Both the position numbers and the translations under genes were made by a program. A DNA stretch of 64,000 nt from Octopus sinensis (lineage: Eukaryota). Below are positions 12,762 to 26,409 of this stretch, one piece after another; the stretch's first letter is position 1, and each line of letters opens with the position of its first letter. Below the pieces are notes generated by a model. The model made no database searches. It was not told where the DNA came from and worked only from the letters and a program-made list of their open reading frames with translations. The stretch is from assembly GCF_006345805.1 (NCBI RefSeq), contig NC_043006.1:99014001-99078000 (forward strand), given 5' to 3'.

Positions 12762-12777
12762 ATATATATATATGTAT

Positions 12778-12813
<36 letters not shown>

Positions 12814-12814
<1 letters not shown>

Positions 12815-13213
12815 GGAGTGGCTGTGTGGTAAATAGCTTGCTAACCAACCACATGGTTCCGGGTTCAGTCCCACTGCGTGGCATCTTGGGCAATTGTCTT
12901 CTGCTATAGCCCCGGGCCGACCAATGCCTTGTGAGTGGATTTGGTAGACGGAAACTGAAAAAAGCCTGTCGTATATATGTATATATATATGCATGTGTGT
13001 GTGTTTGTGTGTCTGTGTTTGTCCCCCTAGCATTGCTTGACAACCGATGCTGGTGTGTTTACGTCCCCGTCACTTAGCGGTTCGGCAAAAGAGACCGATA
13101 GAATAAGTACTGGGCTTACAAAGAATAAGTACCGGGGTCGATTTTCTCGACTAAAGGCGGTGCTCCAGCATGGCCGCAGTCAAATAACTGAAAGAAGTAA
13201 AAGAGTAAAAGAG
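12814..13213 (+). mobile_element. tRNA-derived SINE family A
   Basis: Head ggagtggctgtgtggtaa...gggttcagtccc, then cttgggcaa.tgtctt, an internal TA/TG microsatellite and a (taaaagag)n tail. Homologous copies at 24342 and 41335. Confidence 0.9.
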
Positions 13214-13244
13214 TATATGTGTGTATGTATATATGTATATATAT

Positions 13245-14072
13245 AAGTCAAAATAAGGGTGAAAAAATTGGATATTAATTTAATAACACCAATTTAAACA
13301 ACAAGTGGCCTAGCGTATAACAGACTGAGAATCAGTAAATATTAATACACAACTATATTTGTATTCGTTATTTTTCATTTGTCTTGCTCGCTTACGTTCT
13401 TGGTGTGTTGAATTATTTCTTGAGAACAATTCTTAATGGTGGATTCCCTTTGAGGATCTATATCTAGTGCAAGAGCGTCAACATAGTAGATTCTCTCTTA
13501 TAGGTGTGTATTAATAATATTTACTGAATCTCAGTCTTTTATACACTCGGCCACTTGGTGTTTAAATTGGTGTTATTAAATTAATATCCAATTTTTTCAC
13601 ACTTATTTTGACTTTAATTATAAATTAATATGTTCTCAAACCGGCAGTAAATTACTTATACAGTATTTATACTCGCCATTTAGCGCGCCAGAACGAGGGC
13701 ATTTGAATGTAACTGTGAATATAATCGTCCGAACTTTTCGTCTGTCTCTAACCTCGTGTTGATATTTGCCGTGCAGTTCGACAAATTATGTTTTTGACGT
13801 ACTCTATTGAAGATTCGAAGATATTTATGTAAGTAAAATTACTTAATTTTTTAACGATGAAACAGTTGTGGAGCACCTGAGAACTGTATACAAAAATTTC
13901 ATTATATTAATTGTATAGGGTTAATCTATATTTTCGTTATTTTTCATTTGTCCTGCTCGCTTACGTTCTTGGTGTGTTAAATTATTTCTTGAGAACAATT
14001 CTTAATGGTGGATCCCCTTTGCGGATCTATATCTAGCGTAAGAGCGTCCAAGTAGAGGATTCTCTCTTATAG
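13245..14072. repeat. Inverted + direct repeat cassette A-B-A'-C-B (unclassified, TE-terminus-like)
   Basis: 13245-13351 is the near-perfect reverse complement of 13505-13614. Core 13363-13503 recurs in direct orientation at 13933-14072. Confidence 0.9.
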
Positions 14073-14073
14073 T

Positions 14074-14121
<48 letters not shown>

Positions 14122-14382
14122 TTCAGCAAAAATTTAGATTCAAATGAATATGGTACTTAATTTAGATGCACCAGAATTCTGTATTGTGTTATCCATAAAA
14201 ATTCGTGGGGTGATTATAATCAAAATAAGCAACAAGAATGACTCCGGTAATTTGGTACATATCTGTTGAATAACCGTTTGCAGCTAGGAGTATCTTGTAT
14301 ACATCGTACGTCCCGAACGTTTAAATACTTTAAATAATAATTTTGTGGTTATTCCTATCTTTTTCAAATTTTAATTCTTTAT

Positions 14383-14762
14383 AACCAAATAAGAAGGAAT
14401 ATACCATACTGGCTTTCACTTTAATATTCATAGATGACTAAAATAACTTCACTGCAAACTTAAAATTGAATTCTTCTTTTTTCTAAAATTAAACTGTATG
14501 AACCTAAATAGTTGGAATCCTAAATAGTATGAATCCCAAATAGTAGGAATACTAAATAGTATGAATCCTATGTCCCTAAAGAAACTATTCAGTTCACCTT
14601 GATTATCTCACTTCCGTTTCTTAATATATAATTAGTCTAATATATCTTTACAAAATATATTTAACCAAATAGGAACAAATATACCATACTGGTTTTAGTT
14701 TACCACCCAGAAAAAATTTAAAAACTTCCTTGAAAACTTAGAATTAAATTCTTCTTTTTTTA
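14383..14762. repeat. Diverged ~100-bp direct repeat enclosing a ~16-bp minisatellite
   Basis: aaccaaata..aatataccatactgg..aaactta.aatt.aattcttctttttt at 14383 and 14663; four to five tatgaatcctaaatag-like units at 14497-14570. Confidence 0.8.
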
Positions 14763-15466
14763 TAATGTTCATCAATACTAAGTATATATAACGGCCATGC
14801 TTACGCGCCTGTTACTATGGATCCTATTTAACAATTGTCATTGTACAAACGACATTTCCCCAATCAATGTTGGAGTCTAGACAGATATATCTCTAATTTT
14901 CGGCTACACTACTCTTCTGTAGAGAATCATAAGCGTAGTACGCTAACTGTTATCAGTGTCGACATTCACCGTTCACTTCAGCTATTTTCCGATGACTGCC
15001 ATCGAGAATGTAAGGCGCATATCACTGATGGTGATGTGAACTTGAGAAGGGACAGTGTGAGAAACCAGTTTGTAGGTTGTTTAAACTCATTGCAACACGA
15101 TTATTTTGTTTGTGTTCAATCCCGATAATTGTCCTACATATTCTTGTAAACGAACTTTAAGGCCTTCGTGGTATTATTTTTCATATTATGAGATAACCTT
15201 TCTATGTTCGTACAAATTTGTCACTATTAGGCTTCAACAATAATACAAGCTTTTTTACTTACTGCTCGTAGTTCTTGTTAACGGGCTCGTCACACCAAGT
15301 TTAGCTGTTCAATAATAATGTCGCAGGTGATAAATAATGAATTAATTGTTCAGATTTAGATTTATAATTTTTTTACTTGTCTAATTCTTTCGATATTTGT
15401 TCCTGTAGACTGATCACCAAATTTTATTATTTCCTACTTAAAACTGAATCGTATTTTTCTAATCAA

Positions 15467-15614
15467 TTAGCGGTTCGGCAAAAGAGACCGATAGAATAAG
15501 TACTGGGCTTACAAAGAATAAGTCCCGGGGTCGATTTGCTCGACTAAAGGCGGTGCTCCAGCATGGCCGCAGTCAAATGACTGAAGCAAGTAAAAGAGTA
15601 AGAGAGTAAAAGAG
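15467..15614 (+). mobile_element. SINE family A, 3' half only
   Basis: ttagcggttcggcaaaagagaccgatag...agtaaaagag matches the 3' part of 12814-13213. Confidence 0.9.
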
Positions 15615-16093
15615 TAATTGGTGAAAGTTAAACGCATCTCATCACAATAAAACATTGGACGTACTAATGCTGGGATTGTAGATGTATGCCGTCCTTACAT
15701 TTAATGCTTGCTCAATCGTGGATCTCATCAGGTCGGTGTATATTCAGTCCAGTGTCATGATGAGTTATTTGTTTACAAAATTTCTAAGTTTTGCTCGAAT
15801 ATTATTTTAAAAAGACTTTTAAATATTCTTCTTTTATTATAACTGCTTAGTCATAATCAGTTACGACTCACTTGTGTAAAAGTGCGAATCTTTGTTTCAA
15901 TGTTAATATTGTTGTATGGATCGATCGCCGTGCTGTTCACAGTTTTCCAACAATAATCCACATGACTGGTATGCTTAAAATATATAATATTTGACTTCGT
16001 TGGCCGAAGAGTAATAAGAACTTTTATGTCGAATACATTTTCTTATTGACATCTATGATGGTCCTTGAAGTGGAAAACTATATGCGTGTATAT

Positions 16094-16325
16094 CTATTTC
16101 TTTATTACCCACAAGGGGCTAAATACAGAGGGGACAAACAAGGACAGACATAGGTATTAAGTCGATTACATCGACCCCAGTGCGTAACAGGTACTGAATT
16201 TATGGACCCCGAAAGGATAAAAGGCAAAGTCGACATCGGCGGAATTTGAACTCAGAACGTAACGACAGACGAAATACGGCTAGGCATTTCGCCCGGCGTG
16301 CTAACGTTTCTGCCAGCTCGCCGCC
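16094..16325 (-). mobile_element. tRNA-derived SINE family B
   Basis: Reverse complement ggcggcgagctggcagaaacgttagcacgccgggcg...gagttcaaattcc (B box)...tttcggggtc...ccccttgtgggtaataaagaaatag; homologous to 42996-43226. Confidence 0.9.
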
Positions 16326-17497
16326 TATTGTATATATGCGTGTGTATATATATATTATATATATATGCGTGTATATCGTTTATTATGTGCCTTTTTACGT
16401 GTATATACGTATATATGTACATATACATAAACACACACACACGCAAGACACACGTGCGCACGCACACACGCATGTATATATGTACATATATATGCGAAGT
16501 AGTTTTGGTTCCCGTGCATAGTTTTTATCCCCATGTAATATGTCATCCGTTTCTCAAAAATACTTAAATGTTACATGGCACAAAGACGGAAATTGATTTA
16601 CACGGAGTAAACACACACATACTTCGTTATGATTTGTAGGCTAGATATGTTGTTTTTTTTGTACAAAATCTTAAAACACCTCTGAGATTAGAAGCAAATA
16701 ACTGATTATCCCGAAGACTAAATAAATCACTCTTAACCATCAACACAAAGAAAGCTTACACATACAAACTAACATTTAGTAGGGACATTTTATAGTTTAT
16801 TTTAGCAATATAAATATAAGTTCACAATATGAAATGCATATTTTTTTTCTCTCTCTTTGAAATTTACATGATCAGTTTATATCATTCTGAATTTTGCTAT
16901 GCTGCGCTATAAATATACTTGGAATATTTTCAAGAGAATAAATAAAAAAAAAACTGAGTTAGTGAAAACATTATTACTTACTGCTTTGCCTTTAGCTTCT
17001 CTCATTCTTACAGTAGTTATTTACGATTCTCTTTGCTCATGCAGTATATTGTCTTAAATAACTTTTGTTGCCTGTCAACGACGACATATTTTCTGCTAGA
17101 CTGTCGTTCACACAAACGGAAAGATATAAAGACATATATGCATAGAACACAGACGTTTATATGCATAAATATATTCATGTTTACGTATACATACGTAGCG
17201 TATTCATTTATACGCATCAACTACATTCGCCTTTTTATATACATACAAGTCTACGTACATAAATGCAAACATGCCAAACATGTCAAGTAGAAAGCAATAA
17301 AAGAATCGTGTTTTGTTATAAATTTCCATCGTTTAAAACAACAGAATATGAAGCAGCAATATTTTTGTAGCATATTGAGTAGGTGTGCAAAATAATACTG
17401 AGACCGGGGAGCCACTTGAAACTATAAAAAATAAACGAATAGTGAATCTGACAAATTTAATGAAATTCTAATCGTTGGCATGCGGGTAATTCATGAT

Positions 17498-17620
<123 letters not shown>

Positions 17621-18271
17621 AAATATACACCATTCAAATATAGAGGCTGAAATTCCCTCGTAAAGGATCGTTAATAACAATCCGGATATCAACTGGCGTT
17701 AAACAGCTTGTAAATTACAAAGTTAGTAAAAGAAAATAGGGCGAGAAAAAAAATAATATTTGTACGACAATGGAAAAGTAATGGGATGAAAAAGTGATAC
17801 ATATAAGAAGAAAGAAACTGAATGAACAAAACAACCAAAGTATAACCAAAGAAATCCTACATATGTTTCAATCCAACTGTATGTTTGAATCGTCATCATT
17901 CAAATGAATTTAGATGTGAAAAACCATATTTTGTTGGGTATATTCAGAGATTGAACGTATATTTTCCGGTCTTGTATAACTAATTTTGAAATATTTAAAT
18001 GTAAACAACAACTTATCAGGACGCCTGTTTCATGTGATTGCTCGTTGAAATTTCACTAAAACACCACAATCAATTTGAAAAGAATATATATAAATGTTTA
18101 ATTATAATATGAGGTGTTATGAGCCGCCAAAAGTATTGAAGACAGAACGAGAGGTGAAATATAATACTGAGGGGAACAAAAGATCTTGAGAAATAAAAGG
18201 GAAAAGTATTACCATATTTATTATAATACCTATATATATACTATATTTATATATATATATATGTGTATGTG

Positions 18272-18349
<78 letters not shown>

Positions 18350-18959
18350 ATATATATATGTACTTTAATAAATATTCACACTATGATAACTAGTAATTAT
18401 TCATCGTTTGTATGTACTAGCATATGTATTCCAATATTGATAGAAGCAAAAAATGTCTGGCAGTATTGGAATATATGTGTTAGTAAATACAAACGATGAA
18501 TAAATAATAGCTATTTCGTAATTCAAGTGTATGTGTATGTATCGTCCCGTTTTGTATATGAATGTGTATGTGTTTGAGTTTATGTGTGTTTGCGCGCCCG
18601 TTACGTATGTTATTCAACATACATACAAATACATATGTACAGATGTGACGAGAACGGCTGGAGGTGAAACTCATGACAAAAATGATTACGTGGCAGGTTC
18701 ATGTTATATGAAAAGACATCTACTTTTCAAATAACAGCTCATAATTATCGCAGAAGTTGCAAGTTTACAAGGTATTTACATTTTGCTTATATTTAGTTAA
18801 TTTACACTACATACAAAAATATAGACATACTACATACGTACAACAACTGCTTACAAAAATAGTGATTAATATATCTATTTTGTATGTTTATAATCTTTAA
18901 TCTTTTGTTTAAATATTTTTAAAAAATACACTACCAAAGAAAAATACCTAATCTTTCTA

Positions 18960-19555
18960 AAAACATCTACAAAGCAATGAGGAGAGCAGAAAACAGAAGG
19001 CGATAGTCTCAAGAAATATGGGACATAAGACTTTCTCAAATTTAGCGAAGGCATACTGCAGAGTATCAGATTGAGTCTCAATACACAAGAGACATGACAT
19101 CTTCCAAAGATCACCAACCGCATGCTGCAGCATATCAAATAGAGTCTGAAGAGAGAAAGAGAGCGGAGACTTTTTCAACATCAGCAAAGGCATGATGCAG
19201 CACGTCTGATGCAGTTCTACGACAGAAGTTAGATGAGACTTTCTCGAGATCAGCAAAGGCAAATAATAGCACATCAAATGGAGTATCAAAACAGAAGAGA
19301 AATGAAACGCTCTCAGGATCAGCAAACTCATGCTGCAGCACATCAAATGGGGTCTCAAGAGAAAAGGGATATGGGACTTCCCCAAAATCCTCAAAGGAAT
19401 CTTGCAGCAGCACTTAATGGTGTATCATTATTACAAAGTTTAGCACGAGAGATGACACGGATGTACAATAGCTCTCAGAAACAGACGATGTTCAAATTAT
19501 TCACAACACCTGGAGCTGGTTTCAGATATGATCCATCCCTTTCTTATAAAAAGTG
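18960..19555 (+). mobile_element. Helitron Rep/helicase N-terminal repeat fragment
   Basis: About six degenerate 69-bp (23-aa) units, e.g. RLSRDQQRQIIAHQMEYQNRREM / KRSQDQQTHAAAHQMGSQEKRDM, followed by GFRYDPSLSY. This resembles the AFxYDP motif that precedes the Helitron Zn finger. Family assignment is from recall of Helitron proteins. Confidence 0.6.
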
Positions 19556-19621
19556 AAATTCTATCTAAGTTGTCATCAATGCTGCACTTTCCCGTATCAC
19601 CTGTTTCAACATAACTGTAAG

Positions 19622-19733
<112 letters not shown>

Positions 19734-21489
19734 CATAGCCGTGTCATAGTGCTAGTTTGGAATAAATTTGTTAAATAAAAAATTTGGGGTAATAAAACAT
19801 ACAATGACATATCAAAAAGACGAATTAAAATTCCAGAGAAAAATACATAGAAGAGAAATATACAAAACTACATAAAAGTATGACCATGTTGTAAAAGTTA
19901 TACACTTCAAAGTCTTCCAGAAATGGGAATTTAAACCTGGAAACACATGGTGCAGTCGACAGAGTACTGCAATCGAATAGGTGTATGCATTTATACCTAT
20001 TGTCTACAACGAGAAATTTCCTCGGTGAAATTGTGCACCCAACGACTTTCTTACGGTTCCTAATATGCCCGAAGCAGGTATATAAATATTACTATCAAGC
20101 TTTGCATTCGACTATTATTGCTTATCAAACTTTTGGTGCTGGTGTACTTTTCATATATTACATATTTTCTCTCATACAATGAAATCAATTACATAATTGA
20201 TCATATGAAAATCACTGGGTCTTTTGTCGTTATTAAAAATGCCTTTTTTATTCATTGCCTCCATGAAGTGAGGAATGCGTTAACGGACAGTCGCAGTTTG
20301 CAGTAGAATGTCTGACAGGAACCAGCATGTATAGTAACGGGAACATGATATCCATGGCTTTACAAGCTATTTCGTCATTTTCCCTTTAGTGAGTACAACT
20401 ATACTAGCAACAATATTGTTGCACACTCTATTTAGCAATATATACCGATACGAATTATGAGATTCGGAAATTAACTGACGAAATAAAATCAAATGCATGG
20501 GCTGTTATTACACGACAGAGTATAACCACATATCAGCCAAAGCAATGGACTGCATGAAGATGGATGTGGACTGGATTGAAATATGTTTTTCGTAATGATA
20601 AAGGAACCCTTACAATCCTCCTTACATTCATTAATTTCCCACTTTAATGATCAACGCACAGTGACTTCTTTCGATATTGAAGAGATTTGTGGAAGTGAAT
20701 ATGATGCAAATGACAATATGCCGTTCTGAACGTTGTGGATGAATATGTCTTCTCGCCAGTTTATACTTGTACCTGTAATTGCTTTCTATTCATTGTATCG
20801 CCCCAAAGAAGCATAAATTGAATTGTGAACTTCTGCTTGGGAATGTGATAAGACCTAAGTAAATACTCCAAATGAAACAAAGTAAACGTTACCAAGAAGT
20901 GAGTCAGCAACATAATTCTTTAGCGGTCATTAGCACGCTAAAATATGTATTCACTCTCCATCAATTAATGAACTATTATTTTATTAAAATAATATGCGGA
21001 AAATTCCGTCCCAAGCACACTCACTTGAAAAATCGGCTGGTTACTTCTTTCGCGTGCTTATTTTTAACTGTAATATATAAATACAAGATGTGAGTAAACA
21101 ATAGTAATATTTAACAAGTACAAAGAAAAGAAAAGAATATATAATAGAAACGTAATAACAATGGCAGAAAAATGAAATTAGCAATAATGGCTTTCTACTT
21201 ATGCAAATGTCAAGCAATTTAGGTAGGACAAGAATAATTAGCAGCATCAACCCTAGTACGAGACTTGAAACTTGTTACAGACTAAAAGGCAAGATTAACC
21301 TTGCCATGTATGGCAGAGAGCCGGAAAATATGCGCATTGCATTTTTTATCCGAGTCTCTGAACAAATTTCCCAGTTGACCACCCGAAAGTAATTAGTAAT
21401 AATCCTTCCCTATATCAGCATATGATATAGGGAAGGGATATATATAGGGATATATATGATATGATCATATATATCCCTATATGATCTGA

Positions 21490-21680
21490 AATTTTAGAGG
21501 AGAGGACTACTTGATTACATCAACTCCAGTGTTCGACAGGTATTTTTTTCATCGATCCTGAAACGATGAAATGCAAATGGTATCTGAGCTGAATTTGAAC
21601 TCAAATAAAAAAATAGCGGAAGAAAAGCTTCTGAACATTTTGTCGTGGATGCTAAGTATTGTGGCATCTATCTACCTTCA
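21490..21680 (-). mobile_element. Degenerate SINE B-like copy
   Basis: tcgatcctgaaacgatgaaatgcaaa...gaatttgaactca resembles the reverse complement of the B-box/central part of family B. Confidence 0.6.
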
Positions 21681-24341
21681 AGAATCTAGTTCTAAAGATT
21701 GCAATCCTAAATATACAACGCATTCACCATAAAACCACAAATAAAGAAGATTAATAATAAGATGTTGTGAAAAAATGTAGCAAGAATAATGTTTGAATGT
21801 CTATGATTGATTTCATTATCAGTAGCCAGGAGGCAAAAGTTTTATGTGAATTGCATTTTTTGTATCTATAGCGCTTTTTCTTCCGAGCTCTACGAGAAAG
21901 AGAGAAAAACACTGTTATCTTCACATTCAATATTTTCTGTGAATTAGACAAAAAATAGTGATGATATTGTGATAAAATTATTATAATAGAATTTTTATGT
22001 TGTTTTTTTGATTATGCTCTTTAACCCGATGCGGAGCTAGCATACCACTCAAATAATTACCATTCCACACTGTTGTCTGACAAAATATAGGCCAGACTAC
22101 ATTGCCTAATGAGTATTTTAAAGGAGTTTTTAGTAAGGGTTTAATAAGAATGTGTTCTGTATTTCAAATAATTCTATCACCTGTGTAAATAATTCCATAT
22201 TGTTTCAAACAGCTTTGATGTCAATATGAATTTATGGACTGAAGCGTAAAATAGTAATAAGGTAAAAGGTAGTAAACAACGGAGCGGAGGTTGACAAAAA
22301 CTTGAGTGCTAATAGCGTTCGACCAATGCTAAATAATGATGCATGCAAAGTCATAAAATGCAACTGGAATAGACGTAAATAATTAGACTACAAACACATT
22401 ATTTAGTACTGAAATGAAACTCTTGTGGCAACAACATGGAATTGAATAGACAAATGTTTCTTAATTACAATTCAAATAATGTTGCATTCATGAATAGCGT
22501 TAAATTGCCAAAGACGAATATTTGAAAGCGAACTGAATAACCTTCGTTAAAACGCAAAACATAAAATGAAAGATTTATTCATGCTAGGTATTAATCTAAA
22601 GTATTCATGCCAGATAATAATACAATGAATTATACACTAAAACAGTTATGGCATTACAAATGCCTAGACGTGCCGGTAGGTACTTCACCTGTTAATAATG
22701 GCGGATAAATCTTCTTCAAATTACAGTACAATATATTTTAAAAAATGGATAGATACACTGGAGAATTCTAATTCCATCTACACTATGATTGAAAAATAGA
22801 TGTAATTTTCATGCAGTTAATAAGTGTATGTTTTATTAAGTATGACACGGGGTTAGGTTAAGAAAAAAACAGAGGGTTTTATAACATAGTAGGTAAACGC
22901 AATGCAATTTCTCTTAAACGTAATATACCGAGAGTTCAACAATATAAGAAAAAATATCTTCCAAAGAGATATATAATTTCAAATATACTTTAACTTAGCT
23001 TTAGATATACTCGCACACATATGCATGCGCAAACACACACTCGCGACAACATGCACCCACATATACACATGCATTCTCTGACATCTGAATATCATATATG
23101 AAGCACACTATTCAATGCTTATAAGTGACCTACTATTGAATGAAACCCATACTGTAAGATTGGAGAAGTACAATAATGCCTGCTGTCTTTAATGTTGTTT
23201 GAAATTGAAGGACTTTTATCTTTATCGTTTAGTCAGAGAGGGAGTCTCACCATCTAGCATACGTTTTTCTTATTGTCCCTGAGATTGTGGAAAAAATGGT
23301 CGGGAATATCACGCAATCGGCAAACCATATTCAGTTGCTCGCAGCATCATAAACTTTGCTATAGCATACAACATTGCATTAGGTTCTAGAATTAAGTCCC
23401 AACAACCTAATATTCTACAATGAGTAGAACCGAATCAAACACTACATGGAAGCTCATCAATTTCTATAAAATCCCTTCATTCAACACTACACATGATGAT
23501 TAGTACTATATATACTGACTTCTAAAATGTACCCTAATTTGTTGTATTTAAAATCATGTAATTTCAAATATTACTATTTCCATGTTGCCACGCAAAATGG
23601 AGTGTGACAATCATGCTTAAATAAAATTTTCATTTACCATAAGCTTTACTTCTTAGATATCTTTAAGTAGATGTCATCACGTTGTGTAGCATATCAATAT
23701 TATCATTACAAAGAACAGTTTGTAATGCGGTGACAATAACTGGATAACTTATGGTATTTGTTTAGGCTCTTTAAATCGACGCTCACCTTCACAGGTGACG
23801 TAACACATTTTCAATAAAATATTTTGTATAATATATTTTCAGTAAAACATATTGTATCAAGTACTAACCGTTTGCTTATAAATGTGTGGACTTCAGCGTA
23901 TATATAAAAAAAAAATTGTCATCTAATTTTTGTTCTGATAGATAAATATTTTGTCTACTAGTTTACTTGAACTTCAAAATATAATATTCAACAACCTTTC
24001 TAGCAAGTTCGTCTTTTCTAGCAAGTATCTTAACATAGACCAAGGAATCAAACAAAATTAAATATATGACAGAAAACGATTTTGGCCAAACCTGACACTG
24101 TTGGAATGCGCAGCGGAAATTTTGAAATCTCAGAAAATGTATTAAAGATTTAAAGGGAGCAATTTCAGTAGAATATCAAATGCATCCTTAGGACAGCTAA
24201 GATGTAATATTGCACAAATTAAAGCACAACACTATCTTATTCATTCAATTGGAATTAGGATAGCGCCATATCCAGAAACTATCACCAATACTCGATTGCA
24301 CAAAACCGCCTAAAATATATTAATAAATTGCATTATAGATA

Positions 24342-24784
24342 GGCGTAGGAGTGGCTTGTGGTAAGTAGCTTGCTTCTCAACCACATGGGTCCGGGTTCAG
24401 TCTCACTGCGTGGTACCTTGGGCAAGTGTCTTCTACTAGAACTTCGGGCCGACCAAAGACTCGTGAGTGGATTTCGTAGACAGAAACTGAAAGAAGCCCG
24501 TCGTATATATGTATATATATATATATATATGTGTGTGTATGTGTGTGTGTGTGTGTGTGTGTGCGTATATGCTTGTGTGTCTGTGTTTGTCCCTCCCAGC
24601 ATCGCTTGACAACCGAAGCTGGTGTGTTTACGTTCCCGTAACTTAGTGGTTCGGCAAAAGAGACCGATATAATAAGTACTAGGCATACAAAGAATAAGTC
24701 CTGCGGTCAATTTGCTCGACTAAAGGCGGGGTGCTCCAGCATGACCACAGTCAAATGACTGAAAGAAGTAAAAGAGTATAAGAG
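24342..24784 (+). mobile_element. SINE family A, full length
   Basis: Collinear with 12814-13213 and 41335-41759. Confidence 0.92.
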
Positions 24785-25422
24785 TAGATGTTTTGAGTAG
24801 CATAAATAAGTATAGAACTAGCGTTCATAGTTTTGGCTAATCTTACTGTAAACCCAACAATCGAGAAATAACGCACCAGTTAGAAGTTTGACGCGCACAA
24901 CGTTGTCGATAATGGTTTTCAGAAATACAATCGGTTCTGGATTGGTTTTTAAACTCCGTTGGCGTAAATTGAATGCAGCAGAAACAGAACAATTTCTCAT
25001 GACATAATTGTTAATATATTATCCGATCATTTCAAGAAATACCAATATAACCTCATTGCATTTGATAATTCTCGCTCCCGTGTAATGGAATCTAATTATT
25101 CAAATGATGGTCAGGACATTGACACGAAATCGTTTGCAAGAGATAGGAAATTGAAATTATGTTCGTTCGAATATTTTCAATTGTCTAATGCCTCGAAATA
25201 TAACACACTCAACAGGATATGCAACATACGTGGCTCCGCAAGAGATGACCAACATATGATGATGTATAAAAGATGCGATATTTACTATTGCTGAAGAAGC
25301 CCCAAAACTACGTAGTGATGCATCGACCTCCGCTAACGTTATTATTGCTACTTCCGAATTTTCGGTGAGATATATGGAAAATAGTAAATCAGCTGCAGCT
25401 ACTAATTTTAGAATAGAAAGTA

Positions 25423-25498
25423 TATATAAATACACGGAAATAAAGAATGGGAAGGTTATATAAATACACGGAAATAAAGAATGGGAAGGTTATATAAA
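25423..25498. repeat. Exact 34-bp tandem duplication
   Basis: tatataaatacacggaaataaagaatgggaaggt at 25423 and 25457. Confidence 0.95.
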
Positions 25499-25556
25499 AT
25501 GTTCTCTCCAATTCAAAAGAAAAGTGATCTTTGCTTTATATTAAGAAATATAATGT

Positions 25557-25885
25557 GGCGAAGTCGTAGCTCAGTGGAAAGAGGTTTGCTTCCTAAACGT
25601 ACAGATCCATGTTAAGTCGCCCAGCGTGGAACCTTGGCCAGTAGTCTTCTGCTATATGCCCGGGCCTAGACAAGCAGTTTTTAGAGAGAAACCAGAAAAG
25701 ATCGACCGTATTTATATTTATATGTAAATGTGTATGTGTGTGTTTGTGTTTGTCTCCCAACCGCTTGACAACTGGTGTTGGGTCGTTTAATATGTAACTT
25801 AACGGTTCGACAAATGATATCAATGGAGTAATTATAAGACTTATAGATAATTCCTAGTTTGACTGCAGTCTAATCACTGAAGGAA
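25557..25885 (+). mobile_element. Old, degenerate SINE family A copy
   Basis: gtagctcagtgg...ccttggccagtagtcttctgctata...tgtttgtctcccaaccgcttgacaactggtg...taacttaacggttcg follows the family A layout. Confidence 0.7.
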
Positions 25886-26409
25886 GTAAAATATACAAGG
25901 AAAATTTTAATTTAACACAGCTGTGCATTTCTTCAAATATGTGCAATGCATATGATATAAAAGTTTGATATATTCTATTGCTATTCATTGTTATCATTCG
26001 ATTAAATTAACGAACTGAGCGTAGAATAAATGAAGCCACTGAAGTAAGAATTAAACTGAATTCGATCAATAAATACGTAGATACATAGATACATACTTAC
26101 ATACATACGTACATATATATACAGAGGCATGATTACACATAACGATCCAGGATTGGTAAATGAACGGGTAGTTTAACGGATTGTTAGAGTGTTTAATGCT
26201 TAATAGCACCAAACACTGCGTACGGTATCGTCTTTCGTCTTACCCACGACGATAAAACTGGAATGTTGTTATATTTTTCGATAAAAAATCATAATGTTAT
26301 AGTTGCGTTTCCCAATTTCTGATATGCATGAACTGAAGGTATAAAAGAAAAGTTTAAAACATCTAAAATTTTCACTTTTAAATTCACCACCAAACACTGT
26401 GTGTATAGT

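Noticed and set aside
18960-19420. Regularly spaced repeats considered as a CRISPR-like array
   Set aside because: The units are degenerate coding repeats with no constant repeat/unique spacer pattern; eukaryotic context and no cas genes.
25157-25435. Minus ORF with AIVNIAS, reminiscent of short-chain dehydrogenases
   Set aside because: No TGxxxGIG or YxxxK motif; probably chance similarity.
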